DNA of 64,000 nt. Origin: an uncultured Verrucomicrobiae bacterium. Its GTDB lineage: Bacteria; Verrucomicrobiota; Verrucomicrobiia; Chthoniobacterales; UBA10450. Location: NCBI GenBank assembly GCA_963735805.1, contig CAVTMK010000002.1:1248001-1312000 (forward strand). Direction: 5' to 3'. A program made the position numbers and the translations under genes. How positions within the stretch are numbered: position 1 is the stretch's first letter; each line of letters begins with the position of its first letter. Positions 39,405 through 50,123 of this stretch are shown here, piece by piece. Below the pieces are notes generated by a model. That model was not told where the DNA came from. It ran no database searches and saw only the letters and a list, made by a program, of their open reading frames with translations.

Positions 39405-40097
39405 TCATTTGGCTTCGTTTGTGGTTCCACCGTTGAAAATCAAACGCAGCGGTTGCGGCGCGTGGACGCGTTGCTCGATTTGCTGCTGCAATGCAAGTTC
39501 GGCTTCGGCGGGCAAATCGCTTTCCTCTGCTTTTTCCCGTGCAATCTGAGGCAGGATCGATAATTCGCTTTGCACATCCTGTCCTGAAATGCGGTTCCAC
39601 AATCCGTTTTCAAACGCGAGGACGTCCACCTGATCCTGTTCGATACCAAGGATGCGGGCGTGAGGCAGCTGGACGACGATTTCATTCGGGCGAATATCGA
39701 TTGACACGTTGCGTTGTAGATCGAAGCCGGCTTTGACGATGAATGTGCCATGCAGCTTTACCCGCTTTGAACTGCCTGCCCAGGTATGGATGAGTTCGTG
39801 TTCAACTTCAATGCGCCGTGACAAGACAACCAGCTCGCTCACAGGAGTCGTCTGTTCCATGTAGACGCGGTTGTTGATCGTAATGCGCGGCTGCAAATGT
39901 GTGACGTCGACAAAAGCGGCGCGCAAATCCTTGCCCAGCTTCTCGAGTTCGGCGGTGCCTTGCTGCGCTGTGCGGGCTGGCCAGGTTTCGATGCGCAAAA
40001 AAATAATCACCACCACGGCCGCCATGGCGAGCGCGACTAGCACGAACGCAATTGGCCACGAAATGCGTCCTGATTTTGTAACCGAATGACAAACCAC
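39405..40097 (-). CDS. DUF4230-like protein
   Basis: N-terminal TM, VKAGFDL..VQLPHARIL. Start uncertain. Confidence 0.7.
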   Translation of the reverse strand: MVCHSVTKSGRISWPIAFVLVALAMAAVVVIIFLRIETWPARTAQQGTAELEKLGKDLRAAFVDVTHLQPRITINNRVYMEQTTPVSELVVLSRRIEVEHELIHTWAGSSKRVKLHGTFIVKAGFDLQRNVSIDIRPNEIVVQLPHARILGIEQDQVDVLAFENGLWNRISGQDVQSELSILPQIAREKAEESDLPAEAELALQQQIEQRVHAPQPLRLIFNGGTTNEAK

Positions 40098-40211
40098 GAA
40101 TGACGAATGCCGAATTAATGACGAATGACAAATGACGAATAAGTAGCCGGTTTTATTCGCCTATTCTCGGTCTGTCAGTTCTTTGTCATTCATCATTCGA
40201 ATTTCGTCATC

Positions 40212-40254
40212 AAAAAAATTACCGCCCCCCACACCCGATGGGCGTGAAGGGCGG
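40212..40254 (-). terminator. Intrinsic terminator (minus strand)
   Basis: ccgcccttcacgccc-atc-gggtgtggggggcgg followed by taattttttt. Confidence 0.65.
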
Positions 40255-40486
40255 CTGTTCCCCCCAGAACAATCGTAAAAAACTTCGAGGCTACTAAACG
40301 AGCTTCAAACAGATCGCAACAAATTTTATCTGAAAAATTCGCATGTGCGCCGGCGTAACAAAAAATGAGAAATGAAATCGATGACGAATCGCTGATATCG
40401 TCATTTTCAAAACCTGCGTCGCAGGCAGCGCGACAGTGGTGTTGAGCGGCGCTTGCGGAAATGCGCGTCGCAGTTTCTAGTTTTAG

Positions 40487-41047
40487 ATGCGCAATTTGGA
40501 TGAAGGGCCAGCGTCGCGCAGCCTGGCTGGTTCGTTGCTGGTCGCTCATCCCAGTATGCTTGATCCCAATTTCCGGCGCACCGTGCTTTTCGTTTCCGAG
40601 CATGACCCAGGAGAGGGTGCTCTGGGCGTCATTATCAATCGCCCGCTTGACACACAGGTCGCGGATCTGGTGACCGAGACACCGCCGGCGGGCCTTGCCG
40701 AGGTGCCTGTTTTTCTCGGTGGACCTGTTGGTAAAAATCAGCTGATGTTTGCGGCGTTTGAATGGCACCAGAGCAGCGGGCTCAGGCTCAATCACAATGT
40801 CGGTTCAAAGAAAACAAACGATGCAGCCAAAAAAGTAATTACGGTTTGCGCATTTGTAGGGTATGCGGGCTGGGGAGCAGGACAGCTTGAGAACGAGGTG
40901 AAACAGAAAGCCTGGCTTCTCCAAAAAGCCAACCCGTCGGTACTTAAACTTGATCGCCTTCCGAACTTGTGGTTCGACATTATGCGGAGCCTGGGACCGT
41001 GGTATAAAATGCTGGCCGCGGCGCCAGACGATCCGTCACTGAATTGA
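40487..41047 (+). CDS. YqgE/AlgH family protein
   Basis: LLVAHP..DPNFRRTV, GGPV, GYAGWGAGQLENE. Confidence 0.93.
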   Translation: MRNLDEGPASRSLAGSLLVAHPSMLDPNFRRTVLFVSEHDPGEGALGVIINRPLDTQVADLVTETPPAGLAEVPVFLGGPVGKNQLMFAAFEWHQSSGLRLNHNVGSKKTNDAAKKVITVCAFVGYAGWGAGQLENEVKQKAWLLQKANPSVLKLDRLPNLWFDIMRSLGPWYKMLAAAPDDPSLN

Positions 41048-41132
41048 GCGTTGGATGTGAGAACCGAGATGTGAGAAGTGATTTAGCTTGATTCTACGTC
41101 TCACTTTTCACTAATCACTTCTCACCTTCTCT

Positions 41133-42230
41133 ATGATCATTGGCATCCCGAAAGAAATTAAAGAGCAGGAGCAACGTGTTGGCCTGCTCCCATCGGCTGC
41201 GAACCAGCTCACACGACGAGGTCATTCGGTCTTGGTACAAAAGAACGCCGGTGTCGGCTCCGGTTACCCGGACGAAGAATACGTCAAAGCTGGCGCTGAG
41301 ATTGTCGACGAAGCGAAGGAACTTTTCGCCCGGGCTGACATGGTCGTGAAAGTCAAGGAGCCATTGGAAGCGGAGTTTCCTCTGTTGCATAAGGGTCAGA
41401 TTCTTTTCACGTATCTGCATCTGGCGGCCAGTAAGTCTCTCACTGAGGCACTGCTGAAATCAGGTGTGACTGCAGTAGCGTATGAGACAATTCAGGTAGA
41501 CCATCGTCTGCCATTGCTCGAGCCGATGAGCGAAATCGCGGGTCGCATGTCGGTGGTGATGGGCGCCAATTTTCTCGCCAAATACAATGGCGGCAGCGGA
41601 GTGTTGCTTGGCGGAGTGCCGGGAGTCCTGCCCGGACGCGTCGTTGTTGTGGGAGGAGGCACCTCAGGCGTCAATGCCGCGCGAATGGCTGCTGGTCTCG
41701 GCGCCGACGTGACGATACTTGATGTGGACCTCGAACGTCTGCGTTATCTCGATCTGTCGATCATAAACGCAAACACTCTCTATTCGAGCGAGGCGAACCT
41801 GCTCGAGTTGATGCCCGATTGCGATTTGCTGATCGGGGCTGTGCTTTTGCCGGGAGCAAAAGCGCCGAAGTTAATCACGCGCCAGATGCTGCGAAGAATG
41901 AAGCCCGGCAGCGTGCTGGTGGATATTTCAATTGACCAAGGCGGCTGCGTAGAAACGTCGCGGCCCACCACTCATCTCGATCCCGTGTACGTCGAGGAAG
42001 GTGTGACGCACTATTGCGTGGCGAACATGCCCGCTGCCTACGCGCGCACAGCTACACAGGCGCTGACCAATGTCACGTATCGTTACGTGGAATTGCTCGC
42101 CGATCTCGGCCTGGATGGCGCATGTAAAAAACGACCGGCCCTGATTGGTGGAATCAATACCCGCGACGGACGCCTTACTTGTAAAGCGGTGGCGGAGGCG
42201 CACGGCCTCAAATACGAAGCGCCGCTTTAA
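41133..42230 (+). CDS. ald: Alanine dehydrogenase
   Basis: GIPKEIK, KVKEP, FTYLHLA, PMSEIAGR, HYCVANMP. Confidence 0.95.
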   Translation: MIIGIPKEIKEQEQRVGLLPSAANQLTRRGHSVLVQKNAGVGSGYPDEEYVKAGAEIVDEAKELFARADMVVKVKEPLEAEFPLLHKGQILFTYLHLAASKSLTEALLKSGVTAVAYETIQVDHRLPLLEPMSEIAGRMSVVMGANFLAKYNGGSGVLLGGVPGVLPGRVVVVGGGTSGVNAARMAAGLGADVTILDVDLERLRYLDLSIINANTLYSSEANLLELMPDCDLLIGAVLLPGAKAPKLITRQMLRRMKPGSVLVDISIDQGGCVETSRPTTHLDPVYVEEGVTHYCVANMPAAYARTATQALTNVTYRYVELLADLGLDGACKKRPALIGGINTRDGRLTCKAVAEAHGLKYEAPL

Positions 42231-42339
42231 TTGTCGTTTATCAAGCATTTTGCTCTTTAAAAATAGGGACTAAATGCGGTTAAAAACTGCCTTGCTCCGA
42301 TTAAGCTGATAAAGCAATATGGCTCTTCCAACTAACACT

Positions 42340-42558
42340 ATGAAAAAATACATCTGCATCCTGGCCAGTGCCGCGCTCCTTGCAGCGTGCGAGCAAAAGA
42401 CAGAGACAACCGAACCGGCGGCAACCCCAGAAGCCACGAGTCCACCAACCACAACTGAAACAACCAGTCCAGCGACGACAGTGGAGTCTCCTGCTGCGAC
42501 ATCAGAGTCTCCCGCTGCAACTACACAATCTCCTCCTGAGACGTCACCGACCCCGTAA
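42340..42558 (+). CDS. Small Pro/Thr/Ser-rich lipoprotein
   Basis: MKK..LAAC lipobox and low-complexity tail. Confidence 0.75.
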   Translation: MKKYICILASAALLAACEQKTETTEPAATPEATSPPTTTETTSPATTVESPAATSESPAATTQSPPETSPTP

Positions 42559-42580
42559 GTCCTTCGGTTTTCCCCTTCGC

Positions 42581-42617
42581 GAAGTCTTCTCCTGATATTC
42601 TTCGGGAGAAGACTTTT
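42581..42617 (+). terminator. Hairpin terminator after the lipoprotein gene
   Basis: aagtcttctcc...ggagaagactt-tt. Confidence 0.6.
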
Positions 42618-42731
42618 GCTGTACCCATACGCGTCGGTAATCGAACGGGAGGGAGCCGCCGTGCAGGGAATGTCGTCCTAAAGGGCCGACCTCCAAAGGT
42701 TTTCTGTCTATAGTAGCGAACCGAAAATCTT

Positions 42732-43094
42732 ATGACGCGGGCGACTTCGCTTTCATTTCCAAAACAGCGCCGCTTAACGCGCGGTTCCGAGTACGAGCAC
42801 GTAAAACGAGACGGCCAGGTATGGCGCGGCAAACTGCTACTGCTTAGCGCAAGTGCGGTCGAGAATTCCGGTCTGTGCCGTGTCGGGTTCATAACCTCTC
42901 GCAGGCTCGGAGGCGCGGTAGTTCGCAATCGTGTCCGGCGGCGTTTGCGGGAGATTGTGCGTCGGCACCAGCATGATTTACGGCAAGGCATTTGGATCGT
43001 ACTGATCGCGAGGCGAGACGCCTCGAACGCAAGCTATAGCGCCTTGGAAGATGAATGGTTGCGTCTCGCCAGACGCGCTTCTATTCTGCTCTGA
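42732..43094 (+). CDS. rnpA: Ribonuclease P protein component
   Basis: [13 protein letters not shown] motif. Confidence 0.95.
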   Translation: MTRATSLSFPKQRRLTRGSEYEHVKRDGQVWRGKLLLLSASAVENSGLCRVGFITSRRLGGAVVRNRVRRRLREIVRRHQHDLRQGIWIVLIARRDASNASYSALEDEWLRLARRASILL

Positions 43095-43411
43095 TGCGTT
43101 GGCTGCTTCGTTTCATAATTCGCATTTATCAATGCACGCTGTCGCCGCTGCTCCGTTTGTTGTGCGGACCTGATTCCGGCTGCCGATTTACACCGACATG
43201 TTCGGCCTATTTCCTGGAAGCAGTGGAGACGCACGGCGTCTGCCGCGGAAGCTGGCTGGGATTAAAACGCCTCGTGCGATGTCAACCGTGGGGTGGATCC
43301 GGATTTGATCCGGTACCATGTGGCAAAAGTTTAGCGCCTGGCTTGCCTGCCGCAGTAGGTATTGAGCATCTTGAATCCAGTTTGACCATTGGGCCTGGCT
43401 CTGCCGAGTAG
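43094..43411 (+). CDS. yidD: Membrane protein insertion efficiency factor
   Basis: [24 protein letters not shown]. Confidence 0.93.
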   Translation: MRWLLRFIIRIYQCTLSPLLRLLCGPDSGCRFTPTCSAYFLEAVETHGVCRGSWLGLKRLVRCQPWGGSGFDPVPCGKSLAPGLPAAVGIEHLESSLTIGPGSAE

Positions 43412-43434
43412 GCGCTCAAAGACCCTTACCTTTT

Positions 43435-45159
43435 ATGGATCGAACCGCGTGGATTGTCGTTGCCGCTTGCGTAATCGGACTTGTATCGTGGCAGATTTAC
43501 GTGGCAAAACAGATGCCGTCCCGGCCTGCGCCGGTGAATGTTGCTTCAGGGCAAGCGTCGCCCACGGTAACGCCGAAAGCTTTTGAAGCGTCCCCGTCGC
43601 CGGCCGAACCGGAAGCCACGCCGAAGAGCGCCGACTCAGTTCCAAGCTTTGCCGAGAAGACGGAGATATTGCGAAATTCCGATGTCGAGCTCCGCCTAAC
43701 GAATCGCGGCGGCGGCATTAAGGAAGCTGTTCTTCTGAGGCAGATTGCGGAGAAAGGACAGCGGGTTGTTTTAAATTCCGGGCAGAGCGCGCCAATCGGC
43801 GCGATCATTGAGCAACCGTCGACGCCGACGCTTTCTGAGTTTACTGCCTCGACCGAATCAAACTCCCTTGTGCAATTTGAGCGGACGACAGAAGACCAGG
43901 TCGTCATTCGGAAAAAGTTCTCTTTCGAAAAATCCTCAGGGACGAAAGACAACTATGTGATCGAAATGGATGTCGATCTTGAGAACCGAGGGGGCAAGCC
44001 TTATCAAACTGCTGGTTACTTTGTCGCGCTTGGATCGGCAGCGCCTATTCATCCCAAGGATTATCCTTCCTACACGCGACTTGCCTGGTGCATCGATGGA
44101 AGGGCAAAAGGAATCGACGTTAGCTGGTTTGGCAGCAGCGGCGGGTTTCTCGGTTTGGTGGGCCAGCGCGCAGCCCGGCCGTACTATCAGGAGAATGTTT
44201 CGGGGGCGGAGTGGGTTGCGGTAAGCAACCAGTTTTTTACCACGCTGATGGCCCCGCTCACTGCCAAAGCCACTGGCGTGTGGGGACGCCGTTTCGATGT
44301 CGAATATTCTCCGGAGCAAAAACTGCCGGCGATTGAGGGTGCGCTTGGCATGCCGGGGTTTCAGTTGCAGCCCGGACAAACATACAGTGCGCGTTTCGAG
44401 ATATACGCGGGTCCGAAACTTTACCATAGCCTGGCACAACTTTCGCACAATGAATCCGAGGTGATGGACTTCGGGATTTTCAAGCTCGTCTGTCAGTTCC
44501 TCCTCAATTTCATGAATCTGCTGCACAGTTGGCTTGGCGGCTACGGTCTCGCCATTCTGGCTCTCACCACGATTATCAAGCTCACGCTCTGGCCGATTCA
44601 AAACCGGGCCAACCGTTCCATGCGCCAGATGGCCGCGCTCTCTCCGAAAATGCAGGAGCTGAAGGACAAGTACAAAGACGATCCGACGCGGATGAACCAG
44701 GAATTGATGAAGCTTTACAAGCAGTACGGCATCAATCCGGTCGGCGGCTGTTTGCCGATGCTGATTCAAATCCCGATCTTTTTCGGCCTATTCAAAATGC
44801 TGGGGCAGGCGGTGGAACTGCGAAACGCAAAATTTCTTTGGGTAAAGGATCTTTCTCAGCCCGACACGATAGCGCACTTGCCGATTCTCGGGTGGCCGAT
44901 CAATATCATCCCGCTCTGTATGGCTGCGACGCAGATTTGGCTCATGGCAATGACGCCAAAGACGGGTGATCCGACTCAGCGTCGGGTCATGATGTTCACG
45001 CCGCTGATCTTTTTATTTATCTGCTACAATTTTGCCGCAGCTCTGGCATTGTATTACACCGCACAGAATCTATTCAGCATCCTGCAATTTTATCAGAACA
45101 AACGACAACCCATGCCAACGCTTGAAAAAGTTGCGCCTGCTGGAAAACGGAAACGATGA
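43435..45159 (+). CDS. yidC: Membrane protein insertase
   Basis: YAGPK, NPVGGCLP, FLWVKDLSQPD. Confidence 0.96.
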   Translation: MDRTAWIVVAACVIGLVSWQIYVAKQMPSRPAPVNVASGQASPTVTPKAFEASPSPAEPEATPKSADSVPSFAEKTEILRNSDVELRLTNRGGGIKEAVLLRQIAEKGQRVVLNSGQSAPIGAIIEQPSTPTLSEFTASTESNSLVQFERTTEDQVVIRKKFSFEKSSGTKDNYVIEMDVDLENRGGKPYQTAGYFVALGSAAPIHPKDYPSYTRLAWCIDGRAKGIDVSWFGSSGGFLGLVGQRAARPYYQENVSGAEWVAVSNQFFTTLMAPLTAKATGVWGRRFDVEYSPEQKLPAIEGALGMPGFQLQPGQTYSARFEIYAGPKLYHSLAQLSHNESEVMDFGIFKLVCQFLLNFMNLLHSWLGGYGLAILALTTIIKLTLWPIQNRANRSMRQMAALSPKMQELKDKYKDDPTRMNQELMKLYKQYGINPVGGCLPMLIQIPIFFGLFKMLGQAVELRNAKFLWVKDLSQPDTIAHLPILGWPINIIPLCMAATQIWLMAMTPKTGDPTQRRVMMFTPLIFLFICYNFAAALALYYTAQNLFSILQFYQNKRQPMPTLEKVAPAGKRKR

Positions 45160-45641
45160 TGACACCAAAGGATTTGCTCGACACCCTGCTTGGTTATCTC
45201 GGTTTCGTTGTGCAAATCGAGGAGACCAGCAACGAGGGTGGCAACCCGACGCTACAGATTTATACCGAGGAAAGTGGTCGGCTGATCGGACGCAACGGCG
45301 AGACTCTCGAGGCCACCCAGTTTTTGCTTAATCGATTGCTGCAAGCCCGGGACAAAGATGCCGAAAAAGTAATTGTGGATTGCGAGCATTACCGGTCCAT
45401 GCGCGAAGACCGGATCGTGCAACGCGTTCGTGAATTGGCCGAACGCGTGCGCATCACTGGCCGTTCGCTTCAGCTCGAGCCGATGAACTCTTACGAACGC
45501 CGTCTCGTCCACAATGCTTTTAAAGACGATCCCGATGTGGCGACGTGGAGCCCGTCCGATTCAGCGCGCATTAAGCAAATCACATTGGTGAAACGCCAAC
45601 CCAAAAAAGAAACAGCGCAAAAAGAGCAGGTATCTTCCTGA
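45156..45641 (+). CDS. jag: Jag/KhpB RNA-binding protein (KH plus R3H)
   Basis: LIGRNGETL, PMNSYERRLVH, downstream of yidC. Confidence 0.9.
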   Translation: MMTPKDLLDTLLGYLGFVVQIEETSNEGGNPTLQIYTEESGRLIGRNGETLEATQFLLNRLLQARDKDAEKVIVDCEHYRSMREDRIVQRVRELAERVRITGRSLQLEPMNSYERRLVHNAFKDDPDVATWSPSDSARIKQITLVKRQPKKETAQKEQVSS

Positions 45642-45690
45642 TCAGGAGAAGCGGGCGGCAGCACCTAATTCGCGGTGTTCCTGCTTAATC

Positions 45691-46170
45691 TCACACGGTC
45701 GTGAGCCCGGAAAGTGAAGCAAGAGTAGCCCCGGCGGCGCCAGCAGGAGCCCACCACGTCTGATCGCCGACAATCCCATCCACGTGCACAGCTCGATCCT
45801 GTTGATAGGCTTTCACAGCCCCTTCGGTCTTGGGTCCGAAATCACCATCCACCGGCCCCGGATCGGTCGCAGAAGTTCCATACTTCTTGAGACCTGTTTG
45901 CAACGCGGTCACAGAATTACCAGAGGCGCCTCGGGATAATGTCGGCGTGTTTGGGTCGGCTGGAAGCGCCTGCCATGTTTGCGGTCCGACAATCCCGTCT
46001 ACCGTCAGGCCTGCGCCTTGTTGGAAATCTTTAACGGCCTGCTCTGTCGTTGCGTCGAAGCTGCCCGTGATACCGCTGGGAGCGAGCACCTTGGTCATTA
46101 CAAAGATACGTTGAAGTCTTCGCACGTCGTTGCCTGTCGCGCCGATGCTGAGTGTGGGACCGCTGTTCAT
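45691..46170 (-). CDS. Tandem peptidoglycan-binding domain protein
   Basis: Two AVK.FQ...VDGIVG..TW repeats. Confidence 0.88.
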   Translation of the reverse strand: MNSGPTLSIGATGNDVRRLQRIFVMTKVLAPSGITGSFDATTEQAVKDFQQGAGLTVDGIVGPQTWQALPADPNTPTLSRGASGNSVTALQTGLKKYGTSATDPGPVDGDFGPKTEGAVKAYQQDRAVHVDGIVGDQTWWAPAGAAGATLASLSGLTTV

Positions 46171-46357
46171 AAGATTATGCCTTCCTATCTGTTTGTAGCG
46201 CCAAGTCTTGCGACAATAATCCGATATTTCAAGCAAAGTCGATCACAAGACAGATGATTCCCATAGCGGAAACTATTTCGTTCCGGGACCCGAGAGAAAA
46301 ATTAGCAATTATCTGGTAGCGGAGCGCCGAAAATCTGAGAAGGGTTATCGCTCAATT

Positions 46358-47428
46358 ATGAAAACACTTACGCTTCCGCCATTTGTTCTTTGTCTCGTTA
46401 TCCTTGGACTTTGCGGGGCTGTTTCTGCGCAAAGCGATTTAAAGCTGCCTGATGTCAGCCAGGCTGCTGAGGTCAAACAGCGCATCGCCCTGACGGATAT
46501 CACGGTCAATTACCATCGCCCATTGGTGAACGGGCGAAAGATTTGGGGCGGCGTCGTCCCGTACGGCAAAGTCTGGCGCGCGGGTGCAAATGAAAACACG
46601 ACGATTGAATTCAGCGATCCTGTTTCGATCGAGGGGAAACCGTTAGCCAAAGGAATTTACGGTTTGCATATGATCCCGAATCAGGATTCGTGGACGATTA
46701 TTTTTTCGAAAACCAACACGGGGTGGGGAAGCTACAGTTATAAACAGGACGAAGATGCTTTGCGCGTGGATGTGAAACCGAGGCCATTGGCTGAGCAGAA
46801 AGAGGCGCTCGAATTCGAGTTTGAGGATCTAAAGCCAGATTCGACGGCAGTGACACTGAAGTGGGAGAAGTTGGGTGTTCCCTTCACCGTCTCGATTAAG
46901 GATGCGGATCAGACGCTGCAGAATATTCGAGCGCAAATGAAAGGCGGAGGCCAGTTTGCCTGGCAAGCCCCAGACCAAGCGGCGCAATTTTGTTTGACCA
47001 AAAAGATTGATCTGGATGAAGCACTGCGTTGGGCCGATCTCTCAATTCAGAATGAGGAGAGGTTCGAAAATCTGAGCACCAAAGCGGATGTCCTTAAAGC
47101 GCTGAATCGGCCGGATGAGGCGAAGAAAGTCTGGGACCAGGCGCTTGGGAAGGCCACTGCACCGCAATTATATACATATGGCCGACAGCTTCAGAACCAG
47201 AAAAAGGGGACTGAAGCAATGGAGATCTTTAAAGAGGTCGCCAAGCGCTTTCCGCAAGGGGTGTTTGGATATTTGGCTCAAGCACGCATTAAATCTGCAG
47301 GTGGTGATTTCACCGGCGCGCTGAACGACGCGAAACAGGCGCAAGCTGCCTCTCCTAGTGATGCGCAGAAGCAGGCTATCCAAGGCCTCATCGATCGCCT
47401 CGAGGCGAAGCAGGACGTCAATAAGTAA
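46358..47428 (+). CDS. DUF2911 domain protein with C-terminal helical/TPR region
   Basis: YHRP..GR..VPYGKVWRAGANENT. Confidence 0.88.
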   Translation: MKTLTLPPFVLCLVILGLCGAVSAQSDLKLPDVSQAAEVKQRIALTDITVNYHRPLVNGRKIWGGVVPYGKVWRAGANENTTIEFSDPVSIEGKPLAKGIYGLHMIPNQDSWTIIFSKTNTGWGSYSYKQDEDALRVDVKPRPLAEQKEALEFEFEDLKPDSTAVTLKWEKLGVPFTVSIKDADQTLQNIRAQMKGGGQFAWQAPDQAAQFCLTKKIDLDEALRWADLSIQNEERFENLSTKADVLKALNRPDEAKKVWDQALGKATAPQLYTYGRQLQNQKKGTEAMEIFKEVAKRFPQGVFGYLAQARIKSAGGDFTGALNDAKQAQAASPSDAQKQAIQGLIDRLEAKQDVNK

Positions 47429-47461
47429 CGCGGCTATTTCGGACTAGGGACGATAGCCTCG

Positions 47462-50013
47462 ATGGGACGCTCACGGGAAAGTGCGCTGCTACGCGTGATA
47501 CACCGCAATACTGAACGCTGGTGGCGCACAGCGGTCGTTGCTGCGATGCTAATAACTGCGGGCAGGGGCCTTTCCGCCGATGCGCCACCGTTGTTGGCTC
47601 CTGAGCAGCTCAATGCTGCGGAGATTCAGTTGGCACTGCAAAAGCTCAACGTGCTGGGTCGGGTTCTGTATGTCGCGGCTCATCCTGACGACGAAAACAC
47701 CAACCTCATGGCGCTCTGGGCGAACGGCTCACTGTATGACGCCGCTTATCTTTCGATTACGCGCGGGGATGGCGGTCAGAATTTGATCGGACCGGAACTA
47801 CGCGAGCGCCTAGGCGTTATTCGAACGGAGGAATTGCTGGCAGCGCGACGCATCGACCATGGCAAACAGTTCTTCTCGCGAGCAATCGATTTCGGATTTT
47901 CAAAGACGGCAAAAGAGACCATGCGTTTCTGGGATCACGACAAAATCCTGTCCGATGTGGTTTGGGTCGTCCGAAAGTTCCGACCAGACGTGATGGTGAC
48001 ACGCTTCAGTCCGGAGGATCAAAAGACGCATGGCCATCATACCGCGTCGGCCATCCTTGCCGTGGAAGCATTCTCGGCTGCCGGTGACCCAAAGCGCTTC
48101 CCGGAGCAGCTGGCTTTCGTAAAACCGTGGCAGCCGACGCGGTTGGTTTGGAACACATCTCCATTTTTCTTTTCGAACCGTAACCTTCCTTTCGATCCCA
48201 CGGGTCTGACCGTTTTGGAAGCGGGTGGTTACAATCCGCTTCTCGGAAAAGCGTACACCGAAATCGCAGCGGCCAGTCTGAGCATGCATAAGAGCCAGGG
48301 TGTCGGTAGCCCGCCGCGACGCGGAGCGCGGAAAGAATATTTCAAACTGTTGGAAGGTCGGCCCATGACGAATGCACTTTTCGAGAGCGTCGATACGACC
48401 TGGTCGCGCGTCCCGAATTCTGGATCTGTTTCTGCAGAAATTGGTCAGATCATTTCGCAATTCCATCCAGCCGATCCGGCCGCGTCGGTGCCTGCCTTGT
48501 TTAAACTAAGGCAGGTGTTGGGTGAAATGAACGATGACTCCTGGGTCCCTGAGAAGAAAGCCGAGCTGGATAAGATCATCGCCGCATGTCTCGGCTTGCA
48601 TGTAGAAGCGTCGACAACCGATGAGACCGTCACGCCAGGGCAAAACGTAACGGTAAAGCTGGAGGCAATTAACCGCTGCAATATCCCAGTTACACTCCAG
48701 GAAGCACGTTGTCCGTTCTCCGGCGACTCAATGAAAATTGGCACGACACTTCCACCAAACGAACTCGTAACGAAGGACCTGTCGTGCAAAATTCCGGATA
48801 ATACTCCTTATTCACAGCCTTATTGGCTCCGTAAACCAGGAACGCTTGGTACGTTCGCAGTGGATGATCAACAGCTTATCGGGCTACCTGAAAATCCGCC
48901 CAATCTTCCCATAGAACTTGTCCTTCAAATCAACGGACAGGAACTCCGTTATACCGTCGAGGGGAAGTATCGCACCGTTGACCCGGTAGCGGGTGAACTG
49001 CGACGAACATTGGTCATAGCACCACCGGTTTTCACCAAGATCGGGGACGGCGCGTTGATCTTCCCGACGAGCCAACCAAAACCCGTTTCGGTACATGTGA
49101 CTGCGACCACGGGCCCTGTAAAAGGGGAACTCAAGCTCGCTGCGCCGCAGGGCTGGGGAGTCAATCCGGCGGCTGTAGCAATAGATTTGAAGGGACCCAA
49201 CGCAGAGACGACGGCCACCTTTACCGTCAAACCACCAGACCAGGGTAGCGAAGGCACGTTGCGAGCTATCGTGTCGATTCAGGGCCGCGATTATTCCTCC
49301 GAACGCGTGCGGATTTCCTACCCACACATCGGTGTCCAGACGCTGATGCCGCCGGCAGAAGTAAAACTTGTTCGGGCTGATATTCGCAAAAAAGGCGATC
49401 GCATCGGTTACATTCCCGGCGCTGGCGATGATGTTCCGGAAAGCCTGCAACAGATTGGTTACTCAGTGAAGATTCTGAGCGAATCTGATATCACAGCGGA
49501 GAACCTGGCACAGTTTTCCGCCGTAGTGCTCGGGATCCGCGCGTATAACACGCAGGATCGAATTTCCAACTGGTTGCCGGAACTGTTCGACTATGTCAAG
49601 GCTGGTGGAGTTGTGATCGCACAGTACAACACACTTGCAGAGCTTAAGACCGAGCAATTCGGGCCGTATCCATTGGAAATTTCGCGCGATCGCGTCACCG
49701 ATGAAAATGCGGAGGTGCGCATTCTGGCGCCGAACATCCGCTCATGACTGTTCCAAACAAAATTACTTCGAAAGATTTCGAGGGATGGGTTCAGGAACGC
49801 GGACTTTATTTTCCAAAGAAGTGGGATCCCGCCTGGACAGAGATCCTGTCCTCCAACGATCCAAACGAAAAACCGCTCAATGGCGGCCTGCTGGTAGCGA
49901 AATTTGGGAAAGGCTTTTTTATCTACACCAGTTATTCCTGGTTTCGGCAATTGCCCGCTGGTGTCCCGGGAGCGTATCGTTTATTCGCGAACATGTTGTC
50001 ATTGGGAAAATGA
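47462..50013 (+). pseudogene. Large PIG-L/LmbE family deacetylase split by a one-base deletion near 49735 (may be an assembly error)
   Basis: AHPDDE and HGHH motifs. Adding one C to aac-atccgctcatg gives N-H-P-L-M and joins the two ORFs. Confidence 0.85.
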
Positions 50014-50123
50014 ACGTAACCGAGTCAGACACGCGTTCCTGGCGCAAAGCATATAGCCTGGCGCTTTCCCTTTTTGCAGTGGAGGTAGTGCTCCTCTACC
50101 TGTTCACCGTCCGGTTCTCGTGA
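50010..50123 (+). CDS. Small single-TM protein coupled to the symporter gene
   Basis: 37 aa MNVTE..LFTVRFS, overlapping both neighbours by 4 bp. Confidence 0.65.
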   Translation: MNVTESDTRSWRKAYSLALSLFAVEVVLLYLFTVRFS

